Source: Octopus sinensis (taxonomy: Eukaryota). Taken from it: a stretch of DNA of 64,000 nt. The stretch is taken from NCBI RefSeq assembly GCF_006345805.1, contig NC_043004.1:105896001-105960000 (forward strand). Reading direction: 5' to 3'. Positions 35,061 through 48,703 of this stretch are shown piece after piece (position 1 is the first letter of the stretch; every line of letters starts with the position of its first letter). The translations under genes and the position numbers were made by a program. The notes under the pieces are model-generated. The model searched no databases, was not told where the DNA came from, and saw nothing but the letters and a program-made list of their open reading frames with translations.

Positions 35061-35677
35061 AGGGTGGACACATTGAGATTTCAACAAAGTAAATTGTCAA
35101 AATATATCTTAAAAGAGGATGAAATTATGATAACTTTAGATTCTCATTTTGTTCTATATTGGTGTACATACTCTATACCCTTGTACATTCTATTTTTGTT
35201 TAAATGTAAACTTACATATAAGTGTAAGTGTATACATAATATATATATATATATATATATAATGGAAAAATTATACAAAATGTATAAATGGATGATGAAT
35301 AAAGCACCAGCACCGTTTCGATTACCTGTTGTTAGCTGTAGATTTACTGCAGGAACTTTGTAGTGGCAGTTGGAGTAACAGTATTAATAAAATAGGAGAT
35401 GGAATGTGTCCATCTTCCATGATGGCATGGCTTGGATAAATATATACATACATACATTCATGCATACATACATACATACATACATACATACATACATTCA
35501 TGCATACATACATACAATCATACATACATACAGACAGACAGACAGACAGTTAGATAGATAGAAATTTATCCAACACATGCCAGCATGGAAAATGGACATT
35601 AAATGATGGCAATATAGATATAAATATAAAATTATTATTTTTAAATCTCTGAACAAGAGACATTTGGTAACAGTTCT

Positions 35678-36187
35678 TTATTATTATTTAGTGAGAGAGC
35701 AGTACATACCATCAAAGTGACACTGGGGTAGAATATACGAAGCTCAGTATACCCATCATGACTACCCGTCTGATAAGGGTACACCTGGCACATGCATCAC
35801 AACCATATATGCGTGACATGGTGATCTCATATCAAGATAAACAGCACATGACCTTGCAGGTGGGGCCCAGTTAGAATTTTCTTCTGGTCGAGTAACCCAT
35901 CCCGGTCAAAAGGTCCCTGGATAAGGATTGTTTAAGGATGTTGAACGAACCACCCATGTTTCTAGAGGTGAATTATTCAAACCCCAAAGAATTCCTCTCA
36001 ACATATGGCCATGATGCTCCCCCACTACTTCTGCTTGTGATCAGAGATGCACATATTGTCAGCTACTAAGGGACATGCTCCACTGGTTAAAGTCAAACAA
36101 CTGACAAGCAAATCTGTGGTATTGAGCAGAGTATTTGCTGTAGCCCATCTTTTATGCCAAGACAAAACAATGTAAATGATAACACTT
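35678..36187 (-). mobile_element. Near-complete copy of the (AAT)n-tailed element
   Basis: Reverse complement matches 13490-13817 and 14590-14660; (ATT)n tracts at both ends. Confidence 0.85.
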
Positions 36188-36224
36188 ATTATTATTATCA
36201 TTATTATTATTATTATTATTATTA

Positions 36225-36258
<34 letters not shown>
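36185..36258. repeat. (ATT)n tract
   Basis: Direct reading. Confidence 0.98.
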
Positions 36259-36260
<2 letters not shown>

Positions 36261-36834
36261 AAAGAAGTTCTCTTCGTTGGAATGCCAGCTGAAGAACACC
36301 TGGATGATGCAGGAGTTTGAGTGGTGGCTGCAGAGTCATTCATCATTAAAACACATAATATTTCAGCATCTTCTAACTCAAATTTCGGTTATAAATTCAT
36401 ATCCTGTTAACATCATGTCCTACGCAGTCATAAGTGGATTTAGCATCCATAGCCCACCAAGCATACTTATCTTTATAGTTCCCTAGGGAAGCAATATACA
36501 TAAACACTACATAAATCAAGATGTAGATAGGGTGTTATAAATACACTTATCCACAACTTAAGTTGCTCTTAGCTGCAACTAAAAGACAAAAAATAACATT
36601 TCAAAATTATGCCAAAATATGACCGTACTTGTTGTATATGTATGAGTGTTTATGTGTTGAACATTTATTTATCTTCATATATGTTTACATCATCATGATC
36701 AACACCACTACCATCATCATCATCGTTGTCGTTGTCGTCATCGTCCTCACCATCATCACCATTTTTGTGTCTGTTTCTTCAATGCTGGCATGAGCTGGAT
36801 AGGGCGTTTGAGACAGCATTTTACAGCCAGATGC

Positions 36835-37075
36835 CCTCGTTATTACCATCATGATTGTTTTAACGTCCACTTTTCCACGCTTGCATGGGTCAGACAGAGT
36901 TTTATTGAGGCAGATTTTTTTTCACTTGGATGCCTTTCCTGTCACCAACTCTCACCTGTTTCCAAGCAAAGAAATATTTCCCTAAGGTCTGATATGTTTT
37001 AGCAGAATATTGGAAAGGAATGACAGTGACATTCGTTGACAGCTACCATGTGAAGTCGGGGAAAGGAGACACAGC
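36835..37075 (-). mobile_element. SINE family D
   Basis: Reverse complement of core and tail. Confidence 0.75.
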
Positions 37076-37450
37076 CATACATTACACATTCACACAGATG
37101 TGTATATATACATACATATGCACGCACACACACACACACATATGTATGTATAACAGACTTCTTTCACTTGCCATCTACCAAATCTACTCACAAGGCATTG
37201 GTCAGCCAAGAACTATAATATAAGACAATATAATAAATGTGCAAGTGCTTTCAGTCCTCACCATTGATAACTGAAAGTGCTGGCACATTTATTAAAGCAT
37301 TTATTAAATTTATTATTTCACAATTTGTGAAATTCTTTCCTAAAGGTTAGTACCATTCTACTCTCTAAAAATTTTTTTCTTCTTAATCTGAACTTTTTGA
37401 AAAAATAACTTTCTCTAAATATTATAACTGTACCAAGTAATTTCTAAATA

Positions 37451-37494
<44 letters not shown>

Positions 37495-38034
37495 TGAACA
37501 GGCTTCCTCATAGTCTCTAGTCTCCTTTAACCAAATTATCAAATTCACTCACAAGGTACGGGTTGGTCCTGGGCTATACTAAAAGACATTTGCTAAAGGT
37601 GCTGTATGGTTTCAAAGCCAGCTTCTTAAATATACACCCATGCTTGCACCTGTATGTGGAAAGATATCAAAGGACTTATTGTCAACCTGTGCAATGGACT
37701 TCATGGAAAGCCACTTCTGCAGTTTCATTTTCATTGTTGGCAATGTTTGTGGTTCAGAATGCTGTCTTTTTTTTTATTTCCATAGCTGTTAATTTGTGCG
37801 ACAGAATATGAACTACATCAAACTCATCAGTTTCTAGGGCCCTGCAAAGGACATGTGCACAACCACTTTCTCTAGGTTAAGCCAGTTTGTTTGTGTCTGT
37901 GTTTGGTGAATAGAATTTTAGGATTACAAACATATACCTTAAGTTTTGTGTGTGTGTGTGTACATACTCACTTTCTAGGGGTGAGCAGGGAAATCTTTAA
38001 AGGAAGAACTCCCATCAAGTGTTTCAGCCTGTTA

Positions 38035-38059
38035 GTATGTATGTATGTATGTATGTATG

Positions 38060-38093
<34 letters not shown>

Positions 38094-38192
38094 TGTATAT
38101 ATGTATGTATATATGTATATATGTATGTATGTATGAATGTATGTATGTATGTATGTATGTATGTATGTATGTATGTATGTATGTATGTATGT
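38035..38192. repeat. (TATG)n tract
   Basis: Direct reading. Confidence 0.98.
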
Positions 38193-39700
38193 GCAAGCTA
38201 ATTGACCAACAAATTAAAAGACAGCCTGGCATAATGCATTGGGGTTGCCTCTCTATATATTCATGCCACCTGCTTGATAGAACAACCACTTTGCTCTCAA
38301 ATTCCACTCTGTTGCCATAGAAGAAGAAAGGACATACTAAGTGATGTAATTTTGGATACATTATGTCTGAAATGAAAGTCAGGATCTTCACCGACAGAGC
38401 ACCTTTAATAATGGTTCTGCTGCATCACCTCTCAACATAAATTGACTGGATAAAGAATGGACAAGACCAACATGGATCCACCGTATGTGTTGATACTCAT
38501 TGATATGGATGTCTGCATGCCAACAGTTTGACCTGTATGCTGTATTGCTATGGAATTAATCCATTCCAGAGATCTGTAGACCATGTCTGTTAGTCTCTAA
38601 TCTATTTTTGTATGTTCTATATTTGGAAACTTTCTAGCAGGACCTACTTTCCCTCTTTTTGCTGTTATGTGTTATGAAGCTTATTATATACGCTAACTAG
38701 ATTTACCAAACCAGACCCTTTGGAACTCTCACATACTCTGCTACCATCACCACCAATACAGCCCCTACTGCTGGTACTGCTACTACTGTTTCTACCACCA
38801 CTGTTGCCCCTTTTGTAACAAGCAGGCTCATCTTCCCTACCACTCTCAGCTCCCTGTATATTCAGTAAGCCACTTACTTGAAGGGAGCTAAGCAGCAGCC
38901 CTACTTGGCAGCTGTGGCTTTCTGATAGCAGCCATTATAATTGAAATATCATACCTCCAGGGCCAGTGGTGGGCCCTTAGAATGGTTGTGATGTTTATAT
39001 ATAGAAAACCTTACTGATAATTTTACAGACAGATTATTTCCGTTCAACAACCCTACAGCATCACTTTTCTCAAGCATTATCTTTTTATTTCCCAACTTTT
39101 TGTTTTTTTACTTTCTATAAGGTTTATTTATTTATTTATTCATTTAGTGAATGTAAGTTTCTAGTTCTAGTACGTTCCAAATTCTCGATGGAAGCAGAAA
39201 CTGGATAAGTATGAGTTACAAATTATTCAAAATACTGTTGGAAGTATTTCACAGAAAGTGTTTCCAAGTTGGTGGAATATGTTTCAAAAGAATTGACTAA
39301 TAGTTCTTTCAACAGCAATTTTACTGAAGAAATATTTTTTGGTCTGAAAACATCATCTAACAAGTGCCAGCTGTGATATTTTGATTTAACTCAGCGCTAG
39401 TATTTGTTCTGTTATTTCCATCAGTAACTAACTCTCTATCTCTCTTTCTCTCTCTTTTTTCTATGGACAACTTCTAAAACAGAAAACGTTCTTGCTTAAC
39501 AAATCTCCAACATTTATTCTTCATCTTCATTTTTCTCTCTTCTACACAAAATGTGGAAGCAGAAATGATAACTTACAATAGCTTTTTTTCTTTCTATTCT
39601 TATACATACATATATATATACTTCTGTGTATTTTCTTATATACATATACTTCTATGTATTTTGTATTTATCAGTGTGGGTTGAATTTCTAGAGAAATCTA

Positions 39701-39740
39701 TTACGTCAGTGAACTAGAGTAAAAATGGAACATGGTAAGG
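39701..39740 (+). promoter_or_regulatory. CRE-like TTACGTCA overlapping Inr-like TCAGT, followed by ATG and a GTAAGG donor
   Basis: TTACGTCA 39701-08, TCAGT 39706-10, AAAATGG at 39722-28, donor GTAAGG at 39735. Motif matches only. Confidence 0.3.
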
Positions 39741-40140
39741 TGTTATAAAACTAAGTAAAAGCACCTGCCACTCTTGGCATTGCTGGTAGGTGAGCTGTGA
39801 GGCTAAACAAATGTTACCATCACATCTGAAATGCCTGGTTGTCCATCTTTAAGCGAAAGCAACTGGCTGAGCTATGTCTTACCAATTCTGAAACACCGTA
39901 GAGTCTTAAACAAATAAATTATAAAAAACAAAAAAAAAATTGTTGAAACCTACGTAAAAGAAAAGAAACAATAAAGAAACAAACACCATACCCTCTCTTC
40001 ACCAAAAGTCCAGGGAAAGAGGTGGAAAAAGAAAAACAAACAACACAGCAAGGACAATTTTACTTGGTTTAAGAATCAAACTACAGGTAGTTGTGTGGTA
40101 ACATTCTCAGATTTTTCGTGAGTCTCATACTGTTCCAACC

Positions 40141-40206
40141 ATGCTGAAGTTTGCACACAACCGGCAACAGAGCAGTCAACAGAAAACTGAAAAATCTTCT
40201 AAAAAG
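40141..40206 (+). CDS. Candidate alternative first coding exon (MLKFAHNRQQSSQQKTEKSSKK)
   Basis: CAACC-ATG start context, 22 stop-free non-repetitive codons, strong AAG|GTAAGG donor in phase 0, inside a SINE-free island. Product not recognised. Confidence 0.55.
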
Positions 40207-40439
40207 GTAAGGGTTATCACCTTGGAATTGTCTGACAACTAAAACAATATGACTGATAATTGACGAATACTTGTTAAATATGTTATGTTTTGAAGGGGTT
40301 TTTTTCTTATTTTTTATCTGTTTATATTTCCCAATATTGAACTTCAGAGATTAATTAGTAGAAAACAAGAAACGGAATTTTGTTTTTCTTTATATCTTAC
40401 GCAAAGTTTGAATGAAAATATTTAGTTCTTCATGAATGT

Positions 40440-40567
40440 GAGATACACGCACACACACTCACACACTCACACACTCACACACACACACATACATACTTGC
40501 ATACATACATGCATACATACATACATATATACACATACATATATTCATACATACATATATTCATACA

Positions 40568-40601
<34 letters not shown>

Positions 40602-40930
40602 CACATACATATATATATATACATACATATACATATGTTTATATGTGTGTGTGTTTATAAATATATATATATATGTATATAATACTTTTGGCTAGTACAT
40701 TTTAGTACATCTGAGTGTTCATGTATGTTTGCTTGTTTATGGCTGTATGTTTAGATATAGTATATATATATATGTATAAACATACATACATATACATATA
40801 TATATACACATACACATACACGCATGCACATATATTAACTAATACATCGTGTGTATTTGTGCATGTGTGTGTGTGTGTGTGTAAAATGATGATGATAATG
40901 ATAATGAATAGATACACATATGCCTGCACT
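40440..40930. repeat. Compound (CA)/(CATA)/(TA)/(TG) microsatellite field
   Basis: Direct reading. Confidence 0.95.
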
Positions 40931-41194
40931 CATACACTCATACATACTTGTACACATGCATACACTGCCATACGCACTTATGTTGCAGAAGATTCTTATA
41001 TCGTATCAAAATTTCTCCTTTTTTTTCTTCCATGTATAATTGTCAACATTTGGTGGGTGGGTGTGTGGGTGGGGTCAGTCTGTGCACGTATGTTTATATT
41101 TATTTATACCTATAATTAATGAATTAGTTTCTCTATTTCTAGCTTCACACATGTGTGCATTTTTAAAATGATTGTCTTCAATTGGTTTTGACAG

Positions 41195-41268
<74 letters not shown>

Positions 41269-41460
41269 TGTTTGTCTGTGTGTGCGTGTGCGTGTGTTTG
41301 TACATATGTGAAGAACACGCATGCACATGTGTTGTGTTTCCTTATATCTACTTATTACCATTGATATAGTCACTCTCTTAGTATTTCTATCTATCTCTCT
41401 CTCTTTTTCTTTTTGCCCTCTCTTTCTTCCTATATATATATACATATATATATACATACA

Positions 41461-41531
<71 letters not shown>

Positions 41532-41589
41532 AGTTTGTGTATGTGATTGTATACACACACGCACACACCCCCACACACACACTTATATG

Positions 41590-41819
41590 CAGGGTCAGCC
41601 AAAAGTGACCTAACAGTAAATCAAAACCGTTTAATTACAAGATTAGAACAAAAAATTATTTTAAATGAGACTTTGCTAATAAAGACAAATACTGAAAAAA
41701 AATCCTGTGATTTTAACTCACAGCATTCAATTATTAAACATTCATAATTGGAATGAATAGATGAAATTAAGTATTTATGGAATTTTGATTTACTGTCAGA
41801 TGACTTTTGGCCAGCACTG
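41590..41819. mobile_element. Tc1-like MITE
   Basis: Imperfect TIRs CAGGGTCAGCCAAAAGTGACCTAACAGT and ACTGTCAGATGACTTTTGGCCAGCACTG. Confidence 0.5.
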
Positions 41820-41838
41820 TTTATATATGTGTATATGT

Positions 41839-41984
41839 ATGTAAGTCATTGTTCAATTTTATTTCAAGATTTCTTGCCAATAGAGAAAGAGCTGGTTTCT
41901 AACCTAGACCCAAGGCTCCCTCATTGAATTTCAACATCAACAACAGGGTATTTTTGTTTGCATGTAAGTATGTATGTATGCATG

Positions 41985-42015
<31 letters not shown>

Positions 42016-42145
42016 GTCATTGTTCAATTTTATTTCAAGATTTCTTGCCAATAGAGAAAGAGCTGGTTTCTAACCTAGATTCAAGGCTCCCTCATTGAAT
42101 TTCAACATCAACAACAGGGTATTTTTGTTTGCATGTAAGTATGTA
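41839..42145. repeat. Tandem duplication, period ~171 bp including a (TATG)n spacer
   Basis: ~135-bp unit repeated with only the CC/TT difference in AGACCCAAGG vs AGATTCAAGG. Confidence 0.95.
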
Positions 42146-42470
42146 TGTATGTATGTATGTATGTATGTATGTATGTATGTATGTATGTGTGCAGATTTGT
42201 ATGCTTTGCTTTATGTGTGTATTCTCATGCATATAGTTGCATGTCTAGACATGCTCATATATATTTAAATGATAAACTTCTGGAAAATTTTACAGATTTT
42301 TACAGTTCCACAGATAGATTGGATCTGTAGTCTTCGAATTAGCTCTCCCCCTTCTGGTTTTGAGAAGCCTATTTTCTCAAGATTGGTATTTAGGCAGTGT
42401 GTTACATATCCCAGGGCCTCAATAATTACAGGTATAAATCTGAACTTGTATGTATGTAGTCTGTATGTAT

Positions 42471-43638
42471 AATAATGAAATAATAATAATGAAATTATTG
42501 TATACAGTGCTCAGATGCACCACAATTTGTCAAAAGTGCATATAAAGCATATGAAGTAATGTACAAATGTCTGGAAAGCGAACAGTGTATGAGACAGATA
42601 CATGCTTGTGTGTGTATGGAGGGGAGAAAATCAGGTGTAGTGTTGGCAAATCTCAGGAAGCATGGAAGTTTTGAAGGATGCAGTTTTGAAGGATGCATGG
42701 AAGTTTTGAAGGATGAAGTTTTGAAGGATGCCAGCAGTTTGTTCCATACTTCAGCAACTCTTAGCATGAAAAAATGTTTCCGAAAGTTATGGGAGCTGTG
42801 CTGTTTTCTGGCTTTGTAAACATGTCCACAAGTGTTAGACAGGTGGAGTTTGAAAAGGTGCTCAGAGTTATCGTTAGTAAGATGGTTATTAATTTTATGA
42901 GTGTCTGCCAAGTCAGCTGCCAAACGTTGGAGTTTCAATGTATCCATGACCAGAGAAGTAAGGCGTTCAGAATATGGCAAATACCTGATGGAGGGTATTC
43001 TCTTGGTTGCATGTCACTGAACAGTTTCCAGATGATTAATATCCTGGGCAAGATAGGGGTTCCAGACCAGTGATGTAAATTCCAGGTGAGGCCACACCAT
43101 AGCTATATAAATCCTCAGATAGATAGCCGGAGAGCAGCTCACAAAGGACTTAGTGAGTGATGCCAAGACACCCTCAGCCTTCTTGGCAATTTTAGCAATG
43201 TCCAGTTTTGTCCAGCGCAAATCGCTGTCGACAATAATGCCCAGGTCACGTTCACAAGAAAACTTTTTGAGATTAGTGTTGTGGAGGGAGTAAGTAGATG
43301 CTGGGTTTCTCCTCCCAAAATGCATGGTGGTACATTTGTCCACAGCCAGCTTGAGTTGCCAGTCCATGATCCACTGCAGCATTGTGTCCAGGTCTGATTG
43401 CAATAAAGATCTATAGTGTACAGGATCTGTCCTCTTTATTTCGAGGTACAACTTGATGTCATCTGCATATTTCAGCACTGTGGCATTCTTTAAGTTGGCA
43501 TCTATGTCATTAACATATGCAACAAATATAAGGGGGCCAAGAACAGATCTCTGTGGTACACCAGATGTCATCTCATAGGGTGAAGAGTGCTGTCCTAGAA
43601 CTGTGACAACCTCTTTTCAGCTGATAATGAAGGATAAT
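42471..43638 (-). mobile_element. 5'-truncated CR1-like LINE, frameshifted reverse transcriptase
   Basis: ORF 43014-43571 has SGVPQRSVLGP, KYADD and ERDLGIIVDS; ORF 42495-42980 continues YSERL and RKHFFMLRVAEVWNKL; same 3' tail as 12720. Confidence 0.92.
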
Positions 43639-43671
43639 GTATGTATGCATGTATGTATGTGTAAGTATGTA

Positions 43672-43840
43672 GGTGTAGGCATGGCTTTGTGGTAAGAAAC
43701 TTGTTTTCCACTTACATCATTTTGAGTTCAGTCCCACTGCATGGGATCTTAGGCAAGTGTCTTCAACTATAGCCCCATAGTGACAACCAATGCATTCTCA
43801 GAGGATCTGGTAGATAAAAATTGAAAGAAACCCTTCATAA
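43672..43840 (+). mobile_element. SINE family A, 5' half
   Basis: A/B boxes and core. Confidence 0.8.
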
Positions 43841-43898
43841 ACATATACAAACACACACACACATATTGCCACATATATAAATATTATACATGTGAGTT

Positions 43899-43956
<58 letters not shown>

Positions 43957-44067
43957 ACCAAAATAAGCAACAGGATATCAAGAGGTGATGGAGTACGACT
44001 ATTACAATCAGCTTCATTTAATTGAACAATGCAATCATTATATCAATTTAAATGCAGAACACCACCT

Positions 44068-44287
44068 GAGCATGGCCGTTGCCAGTACCACCTGATTGGC
44101 TCTCATGCCGGTGGCACGTAAAAGCACCCACTACACTCTTAGAGTGGTTGGCATTAGGAAGGGCATTCAGCTGTAGAAACTCTGCCAGATCAGATTGGAG
44201 CCTGGTGCAGCCATCTGGTTCGCCAGTCCTCAGTCAAATCGTCCAACCCATGCCAGCATAGAAAGCAGACGTTAAACGATGATGATG
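44068..44287 (+). mobile_element. Family C
   Basis: Well-preserved core and tail. Confidence 0.9.
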
Positions 44288-44942
44288 TGTATATATATAA
44301 TTCCTTTTAACAACCATTCCATATATATATATTTACGGTGATAGTTGGGGTGCTATAGAGGAGTGGAGGACAAGCTCTGAACGGCAGAATGGAAGTTTGT
44401 GTGTGTGTGCATGCACACGTGCCTAAATATTCTTGGCATATGAATGTAAGCCATATGTATAGCTATGTAGTAGTAGTACTAGTAGTAGTAATGGTGGTGG
44501 TGGTGGTGGTGGTGGGTAGCTAAAAGTATAATCCAAAACTGGTTAGCTCTCCCCACCCCATCTCGATACATATTCACCTACACAGGTATGTAGTTCTTCT
44601 ATATCCGTCTGCTGGTATGTATCTGTTATACTAGCATTATGCCACTACGCAAAGCAGGTAGGTTACCCACCTGAGCATAGTATTGTTTGTGAAGGACATT
44701 GACTTTACAATGCTGGGAGTAAAGATAAAATATTGGAGACTGGTTTTTACGCCTTATTCTACATGCATACATGTCTGTGTATATATACATATACGTATAT
44801 GTATATAGATATACTGGCCTGCTTGCCTAGTCAGTGGAGTGGCCTCATTTGAGAGCTAAAACAATGTGTGAAGTGCATTGTGACCAACGATGTATAACAA
44901 CATCCAATAGCCTGGTCGATAGTGTGATACCATGATGTATAT

Positions 44943-44976
<34 letters not shown>

Positions 44977-44994
44977 CATATATACATATATATG

Positions 44995-45195
44995 TCCTTT
45001 TCTACTCTAGGCACAAGGCCCAAAATTTTGTGGGAGGAAGCCAGTCAATTAGGTCGACTCCAGTGTGTAACTGGTACATAATTTATCGACCCCGAAAGGA
45101 TGAAAGGCAAAGTCGACCTCAGGAGAATTTGAACTCAGAAAATAAAAATAGACGAAATACCACTAAGCATTTCGCCCAGCATGCTAACGTTCTGC
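44995..45195 (-). mobile_element. SINE family B
   Basis: Reverse complement of the family B consensus. Confidence 0.88.
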
Positions 45196-45277
45196 CTATG
45201 TATTTACATGTATGCATATCATAGATATATAGAGATATATACACACATATATTCATGACATATATGTATGCGTATGT

Positions 45278-45318
<41 letters not shown>

Positions 45319-45904
45319 AAACACGCATATATATGTGTGGGTGTGGGCGTGTGTCTTTGTGGCTGTGTTTATCCTCTCAAGCAATTGATTCACAAGTGGT
45401 ATAGGTTTGTTCACTTGCTCATTTACACCCTTTCAGGTGGTACTCCAGTATAGCCACAGTCCAATGACTAAATCAAGTAAAAGATAAAAACAAAATATAC
45501 AACATACATACACCACATTACATACTTTTACATGTGCATTTAATGAGCAAATTATTACGTTGCTCAGAGAACTGGCTGTCCATCATTGGAATCTGTGGAA
45601 CATCCAGCAATAATGGCACCAATAAACAATCTCTATTCACATGCTTCTCTTCTAAAATCTAGAAATGTAACATGTCTTCTTCCTTTTCTTATTTATTGTT
45701 TTTGTTGTTGTATTACCCACATGTCAATCTCGATAATATACATCTATAATAAACTCTACTCCACCTACGCAGGTTCATTCCCCGCCCCCTTTCAGATGTA
45801 GTGTATTGATGACTACATTGTCTAATGTATTCTTTCTTTTCTAAGTTACCTATATAAAATGCATATAAGATGCATGGACATATTAGGTGCACCTGATTTC
45901 AGCA

Positions 45905-46250
45905 GTGCATTATCATCATTTGACATCCGTTTTTCCATGCTGGTATGGATTGGTTGGTTTGCCTAGAGCTGGTGAGCTGGAGGGATGCACCAGGTTCCAG
46001 TCATCTGTTTTGGTTTGGTTTCCATGGCTAGATGCGCTTCCTAATGCCAACCACTTAACAGAGTGTGATGGGCTTTTCTTACATAGCACCAGCACAGGTG
46101 CTTTTTCTGTGGCACCAGCACTGGTGTTTCTTACATGGCACCGGCACAGGTGCCATGTACCCACTGGCATGGGTACTTCCTACATGGTACCAGCACAGGT
46201 GCCATGTACCCACTGGCATGGGTACTTTCTACATGGTACCAGCACAAGCA
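45905..46250 (-). mobile_element. Family C with ~49-bp 5' minisatellite modules
   Basis: CAGCACAGGTGCCATGTACCCACTGGCATGGGTACTT repeated at ~46140 and ~46190. Confidence 0.87.
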
Positions 46251-46299
46251 TATTCAGGAAAAAGATTTTAATGCATTAAAGTTTGTAATATTGGTTTCG

Positions 46300-46495
46300 C
46301 ATTTCGGCACAGGGGCAGCAAGCTAATTATGTATGTTTAACCCCAGTGTTCAACTGGTACTTATTTTATCGACCCCGAGAGGATGAAAGTCAAAGTCAAC
46401 CTCAGCAGAATTTGAACTCAGAAGATAATGAGGGACAAAATGCTGCAGAGCATTTTGCCCAGCATGCTAACAATTCTTCCTGCTGGCTGCCTTCT
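46300..46495 (-). mobile_element. SINE family B
   Basis: Reverse complement of the family B consensus. Confidence 0.85.
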
Positions 46496-46685
46496 TAAAG
46501 CTTGTAATATTTAAAGCAACTTCACTTATAGGACCCAGTGTGACTTTTTTGAGAAAAAAATGCATGTCTTATGTGCCATCAAGTACAGTAGCAGAGTGTG
46601 ATTTGAGTTTGAGTTTTGATAGGTGGAATGACCATTCTGAGTCTCCTTTTTTGAGACATTCCTTTCTTATGTTATTCAATTATTT

Positions 46686-46955
46686 GACTCTCCATAATCA
46701 GAGATCTTCCTCACAGAATTATCAAATATTGTTGCTTTATAATTGAAGTCAATGAGATTCAGATTCAATTTTAGTGACACCCATTGGAATTGAACTCAGT
46801 ACCACAAACTAACAAGACTCTCCACAATCAGAGATCTTCCTTGGTGAATAACCAACTCCTATTGATTTATACATGAAGCCAATGAGATTCAGGTTCATTG
46901 GTTCATTTTTGGTGACACCCATTGGAATTGAACTTGGTACTACTACAAGCTAATG
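46686..46955. repeat. Diverged ~130-bp tandem duplication
   Basis: GACTCTCCA.AATCAGAGATCTTCCT ... GTGACACCCATTGGAATTGAACT present twice. Confidence 0.85.
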
Positions 46956-47439
46956 AGCCACTTATCAGTGTTGCAGTGTTTCCACACCTACAGCTCACTC
47001 ACTGCTAACCTTCATAAATCAAGTGGAACATGGAATAAAGAATCAACAGTGTTTCTCCTACTGCACCCCTTTGGTACACATGTTAATAACTGAACCAGTT
47101 AAGTTGGCCCAATTTCACATAGGAAAGTGGTAATCATCAATTATAGCTTTATATTAAGAAAATATGTAATATCTGCCATAGATAAAAGGCACCTGTGAAC
47201 ACAGCTTCAGACGTCGATGGTTTCCTAGCAATTCTTTTGATTAAAACATGCCAAAAGAATATTTTCAAATACTTCAGATTTTTTTTCTTTTTCAAAGCGA
47301 TAAGTTTCTGATCACAACCACCCACCACTACATATAGATATTTAAACACACACTTACACGCACACACACACACGTGCGAACACACACGCACACACACACA
47401 CACACACACTCTTGCCCACACACACTTGCTCACACACAT

Positions 47440-47650
47440 ATCATCATCATCATCATCAATCATCATCTTTTGATGTCCATCTCCCATGCTAGCATGGCCT
47501 GGATGGCTTGATAGGATCCATTGGGTCCAGGGATTGTAGCCCACTCCAGTGTCAGCTTTGGCATGGTTTCTATGGTCGGATGCCCTTCTTAATGCCAACC
47601 ACTTTACAGAGTGTACTGAGTGCCTTTTTCATGGCACCAGCACTAGTGAA
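47440..47650 (-). mobile_element. Family C
   Basis: Reverse complement of tail and core. Confidence 0.82.
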
Positions 47651-48703
47651 GTTGGCATGCAGCTCACAAGACTATGATCTTCTTCAACTTAGTGGAGCTA
47701 CAGTAAAGAGGGAGCCAACTTTATTCTAGATAAGAAGTTCAAGTATGAAAGAAGGGATCAAAACAAGTTTCTAATTGTGGAAGAGCTACATGGCAAATCA
47801 TTTTACAGAGAAGTGGGTATATATATATGCAATTTCTTACCACTAATCAAGAAACATCTGCCAGTCAGTCATAAACATTACAAGCTATTTGATTCACTGA
47901 TGAGCCTCTATATGGTTACTTGGTTAGATACAAATGGTAGCCAAATCTTCCTCCAGTTCCTTTTTGCCATTCAAATAAAAGAAGGACACCTCTTTCTTCA
48001 TGTGCTATACTTTTAAAACAGGCATTGGTGATCATATACCTCCATACCAAAGTCTGAAGATTAATGGGGGTTTTTTTCTTGGGAAAGATACAAGATACAT
48101 CAATGGTTTCCTGTTGCCTTCTCCAGGTTTAGTTACAGTTTTCAGTATTAGTCTCTGACTGTCTTGAGCTCACCGCTGAACACACAAAGCCTGTTTAACA
48201 CTTCGGCAGGAGAGCTAGTTTCTGTGACATGTTCACACTTCAGTGGACTTGTGTGACACATAGCTGTGTATGATGTGTATGAGTGTTTAGTTGTCCTTCA
48301 CTTTATATTGTAGTGCAAATTATCTCTGGAATTTCTGTTTGTATGGAAAGGTTTCTTTTAAGAAAAGCTGCCAACTTCTATATACCCTGTTAGCTGGTAT
48401 TTGCAGGAGTTCTGATTGAAGAAACTGCTCAGATTTCTAAATCCTCTTTAAATTTTCACCTCCAATTACAGAGAGCAATTGCTATATTTTCTTCCATGAC
48501 TACCAGCTCTGACGAGTGCAAGATTACACCATCAGACTGTTATCTACCATCCATTTTTAACACCCAATGCAAAACTGATTGGTAAGATCAGCCATAATAG
48601 CTATATAATACAGTACACTTCAGTCAATATACCCACTCTATTGGCAAATATACGCATACAGATTTTTTCTGACTCACGGATTCTTAAATTATATATGTAT
48701 ATA

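Noticed and set aside
38700-38870. Thr-rich open stretch (TITTNTAPTAGTATTV)
   Set aside because: Looks like decayed (CTA)/(CCA) repeats; no convincing splice sites.
44588-44660. CAG|GTATGT...CAG|GTAGGT as the exon supplying the last C1 cysteine
   Set aside because: Reads VCSSS, so Cys is not at the required fifth position, and the polypyrimidine tract is poor.
47897-47930. CTGATGAGCC...GG motif
   Set aside because: No GAAA after the putative stem II.
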